DNA from: an uncultured Hyphomicrobiales bacterium
GTDB lineage: Bacteria; Pseudomonadota; Alphaproteobacteria; Rhodospirillales; CAYFNC01
Direction: 5' to 3'
Assembly: GCA_964344345.1 (NCBI GenBank)
Contig: CAYFNC010000012.1
Coordinates: 12,716 to 76,715 of the forward strand
DNA: 64,000 bases
Positions within the stretch are counted from its first letter, which is position 1; the number at the start of each line of letters is the position of its first letter. The notes beneath the pieces were generated by a model. That model was not told the DNA's origin. It saw only the letters and a program-made list of their open reading frames with translations, and made no database searches. A program made the position numbers and the translations under genes. Of the stretch, positions 19,442 to 29,545 are shown piece after piece.

Positions 19442-20929
19442 TCAATTCCCCACCGCCTTGACCACGGCGCCCGGCGCCAGGGGCCGGGGTTTCTCCATGC
19501 CGTTGATCAGCATGAACCAGCGCCTGGACCAGCGCTCGATCGGCATGGCGGTGGAGATGCTGTCGATGGTCTCGCCCGGGAGGACCCGGACCAGGCGGAC
19601 CCGCAAGGGTTGGACCGCGACGGCCTCCCGTGGGGAGAGGCGGCGGAAACTGTCGATCACGCGCTGGAACGCGGGCGCCATGGCCTGGGTGCGCTCGGGT
19701 TTGGACAGGAAAACGAAGCGATACAGCCTGTCCGTCCGTTCGCGCGCGAGAACGAACCGAGCGTCGCGCTCCTTGAACTCGCCCATGCCGGTGGCGGCCT
19801 GCATGCCGTTGACGTCGATCATCTTGATCCCGGTGAGCTCCACGCCTTCCGACGCGTACTGGTGCAGGTGCTGGCCCAGGTCCTTCACCGCCGCGATGCG
19901 GGGCCCGTGGATCAGGTCGAACACGATCCCCGACCCGTCCGGCCCCCGGGCGAGCACCCGCTCGGAGGTGTTGATCATGGAGAACCCGGCGGGGACCTCG
20001 AACGCGACGCCGAGGCCCGGGTGTTGGAAAGACCGCCCGCGCCGGACGCCGTCGCGGGGCGAATCGCCGAAGGTCATGCCGTCGATCTTTGAGAGGAAGG
20101 CGTCGCGCCCGTCCTCGCTCGCCTCGTCGGCGTGCTGAGAGACCAGCTCGATGGCCTGGACGATGCGGTCCTCGGTCTGGGGGTGGGTGGCGAAGAAGCC
20201 GATTTTCTTGGCGTCGTCCGGGTCGCCGCCCGCGATCTCGGTGGTCAGGCGGCTGTGGCCCGCGAGCTTGGAGAACATGACAACCGACGCGCCGGGCCGG
20301 TATCCCGCCCGGGCCATGTAGCGGATCGCCAGACGGTCGGCCTCCAGCTCCTGGTCGCGGGAATAGCCTTTCAGGTAGCCCTCGGCGCCCAGCGACAGCA
20401 GCGTGCCCGTGCCCATGGGCGCCCCCAGCATGCCCGCCGCCAGACCGACGAAGGTGAGCCCGATGTTGGCGGCCTGGTTCTGGCTGTAGCGCTGGGCGGC
20501 GTGGCGGGCGACCACGTGGCCGATTTCGTGGGCGAGCACGGAGGCGAGCTCCGCCTCGGTCTCCAACAGCGCCAGCATGCCCCGGGTGATGTAGATATAG
20601 GACGCGGGCAGGGCGAAGGCGTTGACCTCCTTCGTGTCCAGCACGATGAAGCGGAAATCCAGATCGGGGGTTTCGGTGTGGGCGACCAGCTTGCGCCCGA
20701 TCCGGTCCACGTAGGCCTGAAGCCCCGCGTTGGAGTATTCGCCGCCGAAGGACTGCAGGATCTTGGGGTGCTCCTCTTGCGCCACCTCCCACTCGTCCTC
20801 GGGATCCATGAAGGCGGTGAAGGAGCTTTCGCCCGTCGCCGGATTGGTGGAGCAGCCGCCGAGAAGCAGCGCCGCCGTCGCCAGGGCGGACAGGCCCGCC
20901 AGGAATCCCCGTTTACCGTTCGTCCTCAT
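19442..20929 (-). CDS. M48-family zinc metalloprotease, lipoprotein
   Basis: 495 aa with a lipobox (LLLGGC), the zinc motif HEIGHV and a downstream EADRL. Confidence 0.88.
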   Translation of the reverse strand: MRTNGKRGFLAGLSALATAALLLGGCSTNPATGESSFTAFMDPEDEWEVAQEEHPKILQSFGGEYSNAGLQAYVDRIGRKLVAHTETPDLDFRFIVLDTKEVNAFALPASYIYITRGMLALLETEAELASVLAHEIGHVVARHAAQRYSQNQAANIGLTFVGLAAGMLGAPMGTGTLLSLGAEGYLKGYSRDQELEADRLAIRYMARAGYRPGASVVMFSKLAGHSRLTTEIAGGDPDDAKKIGFFATHPQTEDRIVQAIELVSQHADEASEDGRDAFLSKIDGMTFGDSPRDGVRRGRSFQHPGLGVAFEVPAGFSMINTSERVLARGPDGSGIVFDLIHGPRIAAVKDLGQHLHQYASEGVELTGIKMIDVNGMQAATGMGEFKERDARFVLARERTDRLYRFVFLSKPERTQAMAPAFQRVIDSFRRLSPREAVAVQPLRVRLVRVLPGETIDSISTAMPIERWSRRWFMLINGMEKPRPLAPGAVVKAVGN

Positions 20930-21683
20930 GCCCGACCCCCGTCAATTCCAACTGCTCGGGATGCGTCGCCGCGATCATAGGCCCGTTTCGGCTTTCCAGC
21001 CACCCCCTGACGCGCACGAGGCGTCCCTTCGCCGCCAACGGGTCGAGCCCGGCCTCGGCGAAACGCTTCAGGTTCCGAGGCGCGATGGAGACGGTGAAGT
21101 CGTCTCGCCAATCGGCGCCGAAATTCAGATAGGCCCGGCCCTTGACCAGCGCGGCGTCGACGACCGTTCCCTCGACCACCTGGAAGGTTCCGACGAAGCG
21201 CTCCAGCCCCAACGGCCCCCGGACCGCGTAGAAGGGATGGCCCCAGATTCCGATCCGCCCCTTTCGCGCCCCGTCCTCAATGGCCAGCATGTCGCGGGCG
21301 CGCCGGTTTTCATCGGGACGGGTGCGGACGCGGGCCAAGCCCAGGCGCAGCATCTCGCCCTGGATCCAGGTCCCGTCTTCCAGGAATACGTGGGCCGCAA
21401 GCCGCCCGTGGCGGTCCGGTCCCTCGGCCGTGGGGTCGAGACGGACCGTCTTGCCCCGAACAAGGGATTCGAGGGCTTTGCTGGCCGCGTCGGCCAGCGG
21501 CCACGCCTTGGCGCCGGGGTTTCCGGCGAGGGGAAGCTGAACTCCGGCAAGCCGCGCGGACGCCGCGCCCATGACCGGTTCCGACAGGACGACGCCGCCA
21601 TCGGCGATTTCCGATATCCGGCGCAAGGTTTCGGCCTGGGCCGCGTCCCAAGTCAGGACAAGAACCATCCAGGCCGGCGCCAT
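20913..21683 (-). CDS. Thermonuclease (SNase)-like domain protein, exported
   Basis: SNase-type motifs are DRHGRLAAHVFLEDGTWIQGEMLRLGLARV and EDGARKGRIGIWG. I prefer the start at MAPAWMVLVLTWDAAQA (21683), a signal-like sequence. The track start at 21863 would overlap the divergent PagL-like gene. Confidence 0.7.
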   Translation of the reverse strand: MAPAWMVLVLTWDAAQAETLRRISEIADGGVVLSEPVMGAASARLAGVQLPLAGNPGAKAWPLADAASKALESLVRGKTVRLDPTAEGPDRHGRLAAHVFLEDGTWIQGEMLRLGLARVRTRPDENRRARDMLAIEDGARKGRIGIWGHPFYAVRGPLGLERFVGTFQVVEGTVVDAALVKGRAYLNFGADWRDDFTVSIAPRNLKRFAEAGLDPLAAKGRLVRVRGWLESRNGPMIAATHPEQLELTGVGHEDER

Positions 21684-21723
21684 TTGGCGCAACTTTCTTG
21701 CAAACCGTGTCGCGACCCGTAAG

Positions 21724-22296
21724 ATGCGGGGGATTCGCGGGCCTTTCGTGGGGGATGGCGTGATCATTCGGAAACTGACGACCTTGCTTGCGGCGATTGT
21801 CCTCGTCGGCGCGTTCGCGCCCGGCCCGGTTCTGGCCGAGGACGACCCCGACATGATCTCCATCGCGGCCGGCGCCTACGACTGGAACCGCAAGAAGGAC
21901 CAAGGCGCCGAGTTTCGCGGCGAATACCGGTGGGGATACAAGATTCCCTACATCCAATGGAAGCCCTTCGTCGCCGTCGCCGGAACCTCGACCGGCCAGG
22001 GCTTCATCGGCGCGGGCGTATTGTGGGATATCTACCTGGGACGGCGCGTGGTGGTGACGCCCAGCTTCGCCCCGCATCTTTACGCAGGCGGAAACGACGA
22101 CCTGGACCTGGACTATCCGCTCGAGTTCCGCTCCCAGCTGGAAATCGCGTACCGGTTCGACAACCGCTCCCGACTTGGGCTGTCCATTTCCCACTACTCC
22201 AACGCCAGCCTCGGCGACACCAACCCCGGCACCGAATCGGCCATGCTCTATTATTCCATTCCGGCCCCGGTGGTGTGGGGCTGGTTCGGGGAATAG
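21724..22296 (+). CDS. Acyloxyacyl hydrolase / lipid A 3-O-deacylase (PagL-like) outer-membrane protein
   Basis: It has a signal peptide (LLAAIVLVGAFAPGPVLA), a beta-barrel-type alternating sequence, and a C-terminal SISHYSNASLGDTNPGTES (His/Ser catalytic pair region). The start is taken at ATG 21724. Confidence 0.78.
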   Translation: MRGIRGPFVGDGVIIRKLTTLLAAIVLVGAFAPGPVLAEDDPDMISIAAGAYDWNRKKDQGAEFRGEYRWGYKIPYIQWKPFVAVAGTSTGQGFIGAGVLWDIYLGRRVVVTPSFAPHLYAGGNDDLDLDYPLEFRSQLEIAYRFDNRSRLGLSISHYSNASLGDTNPGTESAMLYYSIPAPVVWGWFGE

Positions 22297-24014
22297 CCTC
22301 CGTTTCCTCCGTTGGGCATCGTCGGCTCCTTCGGGGCGCGGCGCAGCGAGGGCTCAAGCAACTCCACCAACGTCTCGGCCAGCTTGCCGAGCGCCCGGGA
22401 CCGCCCCCATGCGTTCCGGATGGTCCGAACAATTTCAATTCCCTCGGCGAACGCCGCCCAGGCCGCGTCCATGGCGCCGTCTGCGGCGCGGTGCGACGAC
22501 ACGTCGCCGTAGACCCAGATCCGGCTGAGGCGGCTTTTGATGGCGTCCGTCGCCTTGCGGGCCAAAGCCTTCATGTCGGCCGCGCCGACGGCGTCGCCCG
22601 CCTTGGCGCGCATGGCGGCGATGGACCAGAGCGTCTGTGCGCGAAGCTGTCCGTCCTTGACGTCGTCGCTCGCCTCCACCGCGGCGCCGTAATCGCCCAT
22701 GCTCGCGAGCGCCAACGCCACGCGGCTGTAGGCGAAGGATCGGGCGAAGGGAAAAGGCGCCGCGCCCGCCGCCTCGCGCGCCGCGTCCAGGGTTTCGCCC
22801 GCAGCGGTTTCCAGTCCCGCCTGGGCCTGGGCCTGGGCGATACGGGCGAGGACGATGGCGCGATAGCGGTCCTCCTTGATCTCCTCGGCCGCCGCGAGCG
22901 CGGACTGGACGTCGCCCGACCGGGCGTAGGCCGTGGCCGCCGAGACCAGCACCGGCAGCTTGTTCGAGTCCGACGCCATGTCCTGCGCCAGCGCCAGCGC
23001 CTCGGCGGGACGCTCCAAGTCGGCCAAGGCCCCGGCCACGTGGCGCAGCGCCGATTCCGGGTTCGCCGCATCCGCGCGGGCCAGGCTTTCCGCATCGTCC
23101 AGAAGCCGCCGCGCGGCCTTTTCCTCCCCGCTTCGGGCCATGATCACGGCGGCGCGGGCGCGAAAGGACACGCGTCTGAGCGCGTCGTCCACGTCGTTCA
23201 GAATTCCGGCGAGACGCTCCGCCGTCGCCCGCGCCGCCCCGCCTCGCCCGATCTGGACGGCGGCGATGGCGGCCAGGGCCTCGGCTTTTTTCAGGGGATC
23301 GGGGATGATCTCGGCGGCGGCGATGGCGTCGTCGGGGCGGCCCGCGACGGCTTGGGACTCGGCGATGTCGCGTAGCGCGACCATGATCAGGCGCGGGTCA
23401 GAAATTCGCCGCGCCGTGGCCATGGCCTCGGTCAGCAATCCGGCCTTGGCCTGGGCCGCCAGGATCTCCCCCAGCGCCCAGTCGCGCATTTCCGTTTTGT
23501 GGATCGTCTTGGCGCTTTCCAGCGCTTCATGCAACAGGCACCCGGGCGCGGGGTCGTCAAAACAGGGCGACGGGTCGCGGGTGGGGTCGGCCACGTCGTC
23601 GGCGCGGCCGCGCTCCAACAGCTTTCGGGTTTCGGGATGGGCGAGTAGGGCCTTGCGGGCTTTTTCGATGTTGATCGCGCGGGTGGCGTCGAGCTTGCGC
23701 AACAGAACGCCGACCTTTTCGCCGGTTTCCAACTGTTTGATGAGCGCTTCCGAGGCCTGGCCGTCGTCCTTGAAGCCGTTGTCGCGCTGGTATTCGCGAA
23801 TGGCGCGCCGGATCGCCGGCGCCATCCGGCCGTCTTTGGGGCCGAAATAATACTCCGCCTCGGCCAGAAGCTCCTGAGCCCGCATCACCAGGGGATCGGG
23901 CAATCCGAAGGTGTCGCGCGGGACGGTTCGCGTCGGGCCGGGCGTGGCGGCCGCTTCCGCGTCGCTCGGGGCGAAAAGGCATGCGATCAACGCGAAAAGG
24001 ATCAGGCGCGCCAT
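22251..24014 (-). CDS. Exported peptidoglycan-binding-domain protein with long Ala-rich helical (TPR/HEAT-like) repeats
   Basis: 587 aa with a signal peptide (LIACLFAPSDAEA). The PG_binding_1-like segment reads AIRRAIREYQRDNGFKDDGQASEALIKQL. About 400 aa of degenerate helical repeats of roughly 35 aa follow. Confidence 0.7.
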   Translation of the reverse strand: MARLILFALIACLFAPSDAEAAATPGPTRTVPRDTFGLPDPLVMRAQELLAEAEYYFGPKDGRMAPAIRRAIREYQRDNGFKDDGQASEALIKQLETGEKVGVLLRKLDATRAINIEKARKALLAHPETRKLLERGRADDVADPTRDPSPCFDDPAPGCLLHEALESAKTIHKTEMRDWALGEILAAQAKAGLLTEAMATARRISDPRLIMVALRDIAESQAVAGRPDDAIAAAEIIPDPLKKAEALAAIAAVQIGRGGAARATAERLAGILNDVDDALRRVSFRARAAVIMARSGEEKAARRLLDDAESLARADAANPESALRHVAGALADLERPAEALALAQDMASDSNKLPVLVSAATAYARSGDVQSALAAAEEIKEDRYRAIVLARIAQAQAQAGLETAAGETLDAAREAAGAAPFPFARSFAYSRVALALASMGDYGAAVEASDDVKDGQLRAQTLWSIAAMRAKAGDAVGAADMKALARKATDAIKSRLSRIWVYGDVSSHRAADGAMDAAWAAFAEGIEIVRTIRNAWGRSRALGKLAETLVELLEPSLRRAPKEPTMPNGGNGGYSPNQPHTTGAGME

Positions 24015-24030
24015 GACGCAGCCTCTATGG

Positions 24031-25491
24031 TCAGGAGCCGAGAATCTTCTTGCGCAGCAGTTCGTTGACCATCTGCGGGTTGGCTTTGCCCTGGGTCGCC
24101 TTCATCACCTGGCCGACGAACCAGCCGATCATCTTGTCCTTGCCGCCCCGGATTTCCTCGCACTTGTCCGGGTTGGCGTTGACGACATCGTCCACCGCCG
24201 CCTCGATGGCGTCCGTGTCGGTGACCTGCTTCAGGCCCTTTTCGGCGACGATTTTTTCCGGATCGCCGCCGCCGTCCAGCATGATCTGGAACACGTCCTT
24301 GGCGATGCGGCCCGAGATGTCGCCGGACTTGATCAGGTCGATCAGGCGGCCCAGGTGCTTGGCCGAGACCGGGCTCGCGGCGATGTCGAGCCCTTGCTTC
24401 GACAACGCGCCGAACAGGTTGTTGATCACCCAGTTGGCCGCCTGCTTGGGGTCGCGGCCGGCGGCCACGGCCTCGAAGTAGTCGGCGGTCTCGCGCTCGG
24501 CCACCAGGACGCCCGCGTCATAGGCGGACAGGCCGAATTCGTCGATGAAGCGCTGCTTCTTGTCGTCGGGCAGTTCGGGCAACTCGTCCTTGATGCGAGC
24601 GACGAAGTCCTCGTCGAGTTCGATGGGCAGAAGGTCCGGGTCGGGGAAATAGCGGTAGTCGTGGGCGAACTCCTTGGCCCGCATGGACCGGGTCTCGCCC
24701 CGGTTGGAATCGAACAGCCGGGTTTCCTGGACCACCTCGCCGCCGGACTCGTAGGCGTCGATCTGGCGCTCGGCCTCGAAGTCGATCGCCTGCATGACGA
24801 ACTTGACCGAGTTGACGTTCTTGATTTCCGACCGGGTGCGAAGTTCGTCTTCGCCCGCGGGCCGGACGGAAACGTTGACGTCGCAGCGCATGGAGCCCTC
24901 CTCCATGTTGCCGTCGCAGGCGCCGAGATAGCGTAGAATCGAGCGCAGCTTGCGGAGATACGCCCCGGCTTCCTCGGGACTGCGGATATCGGGCTTGGAG
25001 ACGATCTCCATCAACGCGACGCCGGATCGGTTGAGGTCGATCATGGACCGCTTGGGGTCCTGGTCGTGCATGGACTTGCCCGCGTCCTGCTCCAGGTGCA
25101 GGCGCTCGATCCCGACCGCGCGAGACGAGCCGTCGTCCATGTCGAGAACAATGGTCCCCTCGCCTACGACCGGGTGCTCGTATTGGGAAATTTGGTAGCC
25201 CTGGGGCAGATCGGCGTAGAAATAGTTTTTGCGCTCGAACACGGAGCGGCGGTTGATTTGCGCCTTGAGCCCGAGCCCGGCGCGCACCGCCTGCTCGATG
25301 CAGTATTCGTTGACCACCGGAAGCATCCCCGGCATGGCCGCGTCCACCAGCGAGACGTGGGAATTGGGCGAGCCGCCGAAATCCGTGGGCGCGCCGGAAA
25401 ACAGCTTGGCGTTGGAGATCACCTGGGCGTGGACCTCCAAGCCGATGACGAGCTCCCAGTCCCCGGTTTCGCCCTGAATCGCGTAGGTCAT
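24031..25491 (-). CDS. gatB: Asp-tRNA(Asn)/Glu-tRNA(Gln) amidotransferase subunit B
   Basis: 486 aa. Motifs: [22 protein letters not shown] and ETRSMR..., with a C-terminal YqeY-like tail. Confidence 0.97.
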   Translation of the reverse strand: MTYAIQGETGDWELVIGLEVHAQVISNAKLFSGAPTDFGGSPNSHVSLVDAAMPGMLPVVNEYCIEQAVRAGLGLKAQINRRSVFERKNYFYADLPQGYQISQYEHPVVGEGTIVLDMDDGSSRAVGIERLHLEQDAGKSMHDQDPKRSMIDLNRSGVALMEIVSKPDIRSPEEAGAYLRKLRSILRYLGACDGNMEEGSMRCDVNVSVRPAGEDELRTRSEIKNVNSVKFVMQAIDFEAERQIDAYESGGEVVQETRLFDSNRGETRSMRAKEFAHDYRYFPDPDLLPIELDEDFVARIKDELPELPDDKKQRFIDEFGLSAYDAGVLVAERETADYFEAVAAGRDPKQAANWVINNLFGALSKQGLDIAASPVSAKHLGRLIDLIKSGDISGRIAKDVFQIMLDGGGDPEKIVAEKGLKQVTDTDAIEAAVDDVVNANPDKCEEIRGGKDKMIGWFVGQVMKATQGKANPQMVNELLRKKILGS

Positions 25492-25541
25492 TGCCGTATT
25501 CCCAGTTTATTTCTATGCGGCGTCAATCTAGCGCCAGAGTT

Positions 25542-26861
25542 CTATATCGGCAACCGCACCCGCGCCCTGAGCCCCCCGATGGGCGAATCCTCCAGCGCCA
25601 CGTCGCCGCCGTGGCCTCGGAAGACGTCGCGGGCGATGGAAAGGCCCAATCCCACGCCGCCGGTTTCCGGGTTGCGCGAGCCTTCGAGGCGCATGAAGGG
25701 CTTGAATACGTCCTCGCGCTTGTCCTCGGGGATGCCGGGGCCGTCGTCGTCCACCAGGATCTCGATGGCGTCGTCGCGCCGTCCGCCCCGGATCCAGACG
25801 TGATCGGCGTAACGGTTGGCGTTCTCCACTAGGTTGGTCAGCCCGCGCTTGATGGCGAGGGGGCGGACGGTGAGCACCAGTTCGCCCTCGGAGTGCAGGT
25901 CCACCAGGGCGCCGTTGCGCCGGGCCTGGGCGGCCACGTCCTCCAGGATGCCCCGGATGCGGGTCGGGGCCGGTTGCTCGCGCCCCTCGCCCCGCGCGAA
26001 GGCGAGGTAGCCTTCCAGCATGTGCTCCATCTCGTGGACGTCCTCGGTGAGCTCGACCATGCCCTCGCCCTCGCCCATCATGGCGAGCTGGAGCTTCATC
26101 CGGGTCAGCGGTGTGCGCAGGTCGTGGGAGACGCCCGACAGCATGTCGGTGCGCTGGCTCATCTGGCGCTTGATGCGCTCCCGCATGGCCATGAAGGCGG
26201 AGGCGGCTTGGCGCACCTCGCGCGCGCCTTCGGGCTTCAAGGTGGCCGCCTCGCGGCCCTTGCCGAAGGCCTCGGCGGCCTTGGCCAGGCGGCGGATGGG
26301 CTTGACCTGGTTGCGCATGAACACGGCCGCCACGCCCAAGAGCACGAACGAGGCCCCGATGGTCCACAGAATGAACACGTAGGCGGTGGAGCTGAACACG
26401 CGTTTTCTCGGGACCATGACCTCGAGAACGCCATCGGCCAACTGCACCCGGATCAGCACCTCGCGCTCCAGCGAAGCCGCGTTGATGTCGTAGGGCCAGC
26501 GAAGGCGGTCGCCGAGCGCGTGGTCCAAGGTTTGGCTCAACAGGTCGTGGTATTCGCGCCCGTCGTTGGGCAGGATGCCGCCGCGGTCGAAGGCGACCTT
26601 CATGTTGGTGTTGGTTTCGACCAGGAAGAAGATTCCGTCCCGGTCCTCCGCGTCCGGATTCTGGCGCAACAGCTCGATCAGCACCGCCACCTCGCCCGCG
26701 ACGCCGCGCGCAAGGTGCAGGGTCATCTTGTCCAGATGGCTTTCGAAGAAGATCAGGCCAGAGACCACCTGCACCAGCACCAGGGGCGTGAAGATGATCA
26801 TCAGCGACCGGCCGAGCAGGCTACGGGGCAGAAGGCGCTTGATGACGGATTCGTGGGACAC
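25542..26861 (-). CDS. EnvZ-like sensor histidine kinase
   Basis: 439 aa with two TM segments, a HAMP domain, the H-box GVSHDLRTPLTRM, and HATPase N/G boxes (NLVENANRY, DDDGPGIP, GGVGLGLSI). Confidence 0.88.
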   Translation of the reverse strand: MSHESVIKRLLPRSLLGRSLMIIFTPLVLVQVVSGLIFFESHLDKMTLHLARGVAGEVAVLIELLRQNPDAEDRDGIFFLVETNTNMKVAFDRGGILPNDGREYHDLLSQTLDHALGDRLRWPYDINAASLEREVLIRVQLADGVLEVMVPRKRVFSSTAYVFILWTIGASFVLLGVAAVFMRNQVKPIRRLAKAAEAFGKGREAATLKPEGAREVRQAASAFMAMRERIKRQMSQRTDMLSGVSHDLRTPLTRMKLQLAMMGEGEGMVELTEDVHEMEHMLEGYLAFARGEGREQPAPTRIRGILEDVAAQARRNGALVDLHSEGELVLTVRPLAIKRGLTNLVENANRYADHVWIRGGRRDDAIEILVDDDGPGIPEDKREDVFKPFMRLEGSRNPETGGVGLGLSIARDVFRGHGGDVALEDSPIGGLRARVRLPI

Positions 26862-26873
26862 GGGCCGATTATC

Positions 26874-27557
26874 CTAGTCGGGCTTCAGGACGTATCCGCG
26901 TCCCCGAATGGTCTGCAGGTAGCGCGGGGCCTTGGGGTCGGGCTCGATCTTGCGCCGAAGCCGCGTCACCTGCACGTCCACCGCCCGCCCGCCCGCGCTT
27001 GCGCCGGTCAGCTCGATCAGGTCCTCGCGGCTCAGCGTCGCGCCGGGATTTTCCGCCAGCGCCTTGAGCAGGGCGGATTCCACAGAGGTCAGGCGCACCA
27101 GCTCGTCCAGGCGATACAGCTCCTCGCGGTCGAGGTCGAAACGGAAGTCGCCCATGCGGACTTCCCGGCTCGTGGCTTCCTTTGGCACCCGGCGCAGGAT
27201 GTTGTGGATGCGCAAAAGAAGCTCGCGGGGTTCGAACGGCTTGACCAGGTAATCGTCGGCGCCGCGCTCGAGCCCCGCGATGCGGTCGTCGGGCTCGCTC
27301 ATGGCGGTCAGCATCAGGATGGGGACGGCGCTGCGCTTGCGGTAATCCTCGGCGAAGTCCAGGCCCGACTCGCCCGGCATCATAAGGTCCAGGACGATCA
27401 GGTCGAAGGCGAAGCTTTCCAGCTTTGCGCGCGCGTCCGCGGCGTCCTTGGCGGTGATGACGAAAAAGCCGTTTTCAGACAGAAACTTGTTCAGCAGCTT
27501 CCGCAGCCGGACGTCGTCGTCCACGACCAGGATGTGCGGCAGGTCCTCGGTGTTCAT
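26874..27557 (-). CDS. OmpR-family response regulator
   Basis: 227 aa. The REC domain shows VVDDD, LDLMMPG and KPF. The winged-helix output domain shows LTSVESALLKALAENPG...RGRGYVL. It lies 13 nt upstream of the kinase gene. Confidence 0.92.
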   Translation of the reverse strand: MNTEDLPHILVVDDDVRLRKLLNKFLSENGFFVITAKDAADARAKLESFAFDLIVLDLMMPGESGLDFAEDYRKRSAVPILMLTAMSEPDDRIAGLERGADDYLVKPFEPRELLLRIHNILRRVPKEATSREVRMGDFRFDLDREELYRLDELVRLTSVESALLKALAENPGATLSREDLIELTGASAGGRAVDVQVTRLRRKIEPDPKAPRYLQTIRGRGYVLKPD

Positions 27558-27818
27558 GCCAGTGTTCCGTTCGCCGTTGGGCGGAAGCAGTTTCCGCCAC
27601 CAATCAGGACCATTTCAATCAATTAATCATTCCTGTTGCACTTTTCCTATTTCTTTGTTTACTGGACGCAAGGCGACGGTCGAAGCGCCATGTCGGACAG
27701 CCGGAACAAGGCTGGGGGGGCGTTCGTCATCTCGTAGAATTGCGGCGTATAACGATTGGGGCGCAAGGCGCGGCTCTCCGCGCGCGCGTTTCCGTTCACG
27801 GAAGAAAGCGAAGGGGCG

Positions 27819-28394
27819 ATGATCGAAATTCGAATACACGGTCGAGGCGGGCAGGGAAACGTGGTCGCCGCCTATCTTCTCGCCGGGGCGGCGTTCGAGG
27901 CCGGACGCCATTGCCAGGCGTTCCCGGCGTTCGGGGCGGAGCGGCGCGGCGCGCCGGTGGTGTCCTTCGTGCGCATTTCCGAAACACCGATCCGCAGACG
28001 GTCCGAGGTGCGCGAGCCCGCGTTCCTGATCATCCAGGACCAGACGCTGCTGAACGACCCCAAGCTGGCGGCGGGGCTGAGGCCAGGCGGCGGCGTCATC
28101 GTCAACACCGGCGCCACGTCCGAGGCCATGAGCGAACATTACGGGCTGAACGTGGTCACGCTTCGGGGCAACACGCTCTCGACCGAGGCGCTGGGCCGAC
28201 CGGTTCCCAACGTGGCGCTGTTGTCCGCGTTTCTCGCGCTCACCAACCTGCTTCCCATGGACGCGCTGAAAAAGGCGCTGGCCGGGCGGTTCAAGGGCGA
28301 CGTGTTGGAAAAGAACCTGGCCCTGGTGGACAACGCGGCGAGCCATGTCGTCGAAGGACAGTGGAAGGAGATGGCCGATGCTGCAGGCGCTTGA
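27819..28394 (+). CDS. 2-oxoacid:ferredoxin oxidoreductase, gamma subunit (por/vor/kor-type; substrate not assignable)
   Basis: It starts MIEIRIHGRGGQGNVVAAYLLAGAAFEAG...AFPAFGAERRGAPV, the canonical gamma signature. The SD gaagggg lies upstream of ATG 27819. Confidence 0.88.
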   Translation: MIEIRIHGRGGQGNVVAAYLLAGAAFEAGRHCQAFPAFGAERRGAPVVSFVRISETPIRRRSEVREPAFLIIQDQTLLNDPKLAAGLRPGGGVIVNTGATSEAMSEHYGLNVVTLRGNTLSTEALGRPVPNVALLSAFLALTNLLPMDALKKALAGRFKGDVLEKNLALVDNAASHVVEGQWKEMADAAGA

Positions 28395-29544
28395 AGGATC
28401 CCAGGCGGTCGCGCGCGCCGTCGCCCTGTGCCGGCCCGAGGTGGTGGCGGCCTATCCCATCACCCCCCAGACCCACATCGTGGAGAACATCTCCAAGCTG
28501 GTGGCCGACGGCGAACTGGTGACCGAGCTTGTGAGCGTGGAGAGCGAGTTCTCCGCCGCCTCGGTGGCCTTGGGCGCGGCCGCGGCCGGGGCCCGGGCCT
28601 ACACCGCCAGTTCGTCCCAGGGCATCATGTTGATGACCGAGGTGCTCTACAACATCTCGGGGCTCCGCATCCCCATGGTCTTGACCTGCGCCAACCGGGC
28701 GGTGGGCGCGCCGCTGTCGATCTGGAACGACCACCAGGACTCCATGTCGGTGCGGGATTCGGGTTGGATCCAGCTCTTCTGCGCCAACAACCAGGAAGCG
28801 GTTGATACAACAATCCAGGCCTACCGCATCGCCGAGCGGACCGAGCTTCCGGTCATGGTGTGCATGGACGGGTTCATCCTGACCCACACGCTGGAGGGCA
28901 TCGACATCCCCGACCAGGACGCGGTGGACGCGTTCCTTCCGCCGTTCGAGTTCGCCCGCGCGCTCGACCCCCTGAGCCCCACCAGCGTCGGCACCCTGGT
29001 GACCCCCGACTTCTACGCCGAGGCGCGCCATTCCCACCACGCGGCCATGAACGCGGCGCTCACCGAAATCGAGTCCGTCGACAGGGATTGGGAGGCGGCG
29101 ATCGGCCGGTCCTGCGGCGGCCTTCTGACCACGGACGGCCCCGACGACGCCGAGACGGTCATCCTCGCCATGGGGTCGATCACCGGCACGCTGGCCGAGG
29201 CCATGGACGAGGCGGGCTCGGACGTGAAGCTGATCACGCTCAGGGCCTTCCGCCCGTTCCCGGTGGACGCGCTCCGCGCCGCCGTGGCCGGGGCCAAGGA
29301 CCTGGTGGTGGTGGACCGCTCGCTGTCGCCGGGCCTCGGCGGCGTCGTCGGCAACGAGATCCGCGCCATCCTGGGGGCGGTTCCGGACGCGCCCCGCATC
29401 CACAACGTGGCCGTCGGGCTCGGCGGCCGTGACGTGCCCATGGACCTGCTGCCGAGACTGATCGCGGTGGCGGGCCGGGACGCGCCCGAGCACTTCGAAA
29501 TCCTGGACGCCGATCTCGCCAAGCTGCCCGAGGAGGACCGCTGA
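28378..29544 (+). CDS. 2-oxoacid:ferredoxin oxidoreductase, alpha subunit
   Basis: It starts MLQALEGSQAVARAVALCRPEVVAAYPITPQT (alpha N-terminus). 388 aa. It overlaps the end of the gamma gene by 17 nt. Confidence 0.88.
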   Translation: MLQALEGSQAVARAVALCRPEVVAAYPITPQTHIVENISKLVADGELVTELVSVESEFSAASVALGAAAAGARAYTASSSQGIMLMTEVLYNISGLRIPMVLTCANRAVGAPLSIWNDHQDSMSVRDSGWIQLFCANNQEAVDTTIQAYRIAERTELPVMVCMDGFILTHTLEGIDIPDQDAVDAFLPPFEFARALDPLSPTSVGTLVTPDFYAEARHSHHAAMNAALTEIESVDRDWEAAIGRSCGGLLTTDGPDDAETVILAMGSITGTLAEAMDEAGSDVKLITLRAFRPFPVDALRAAVAGAKDLVVVDRSLSPGLGGVVGNEIRAILGAVPDAPRIHNVAVGLGGRDVPMDLLPRLIAVAGRDAPEHFEILDADLAKLPEEDR

Positions 29545-29545
29545 C

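Noticed and set aside
27558-27818. Sigma-54 (-24 GG / -12 GC) promoter or FNR/CRP box in the divergent OmpR/OFOR control region. I checked the other large intergenic gaps as well.
   Set aside because: There is a TTGCAC at about 27637, but no correctly spaced TGGCAC upstream. I saw no TTGAT-N4-ATCAA. Only an AT-rich stretch and a small TTCCG-N4-CGGAA dyad near 27790 are present, which is too weak to call.
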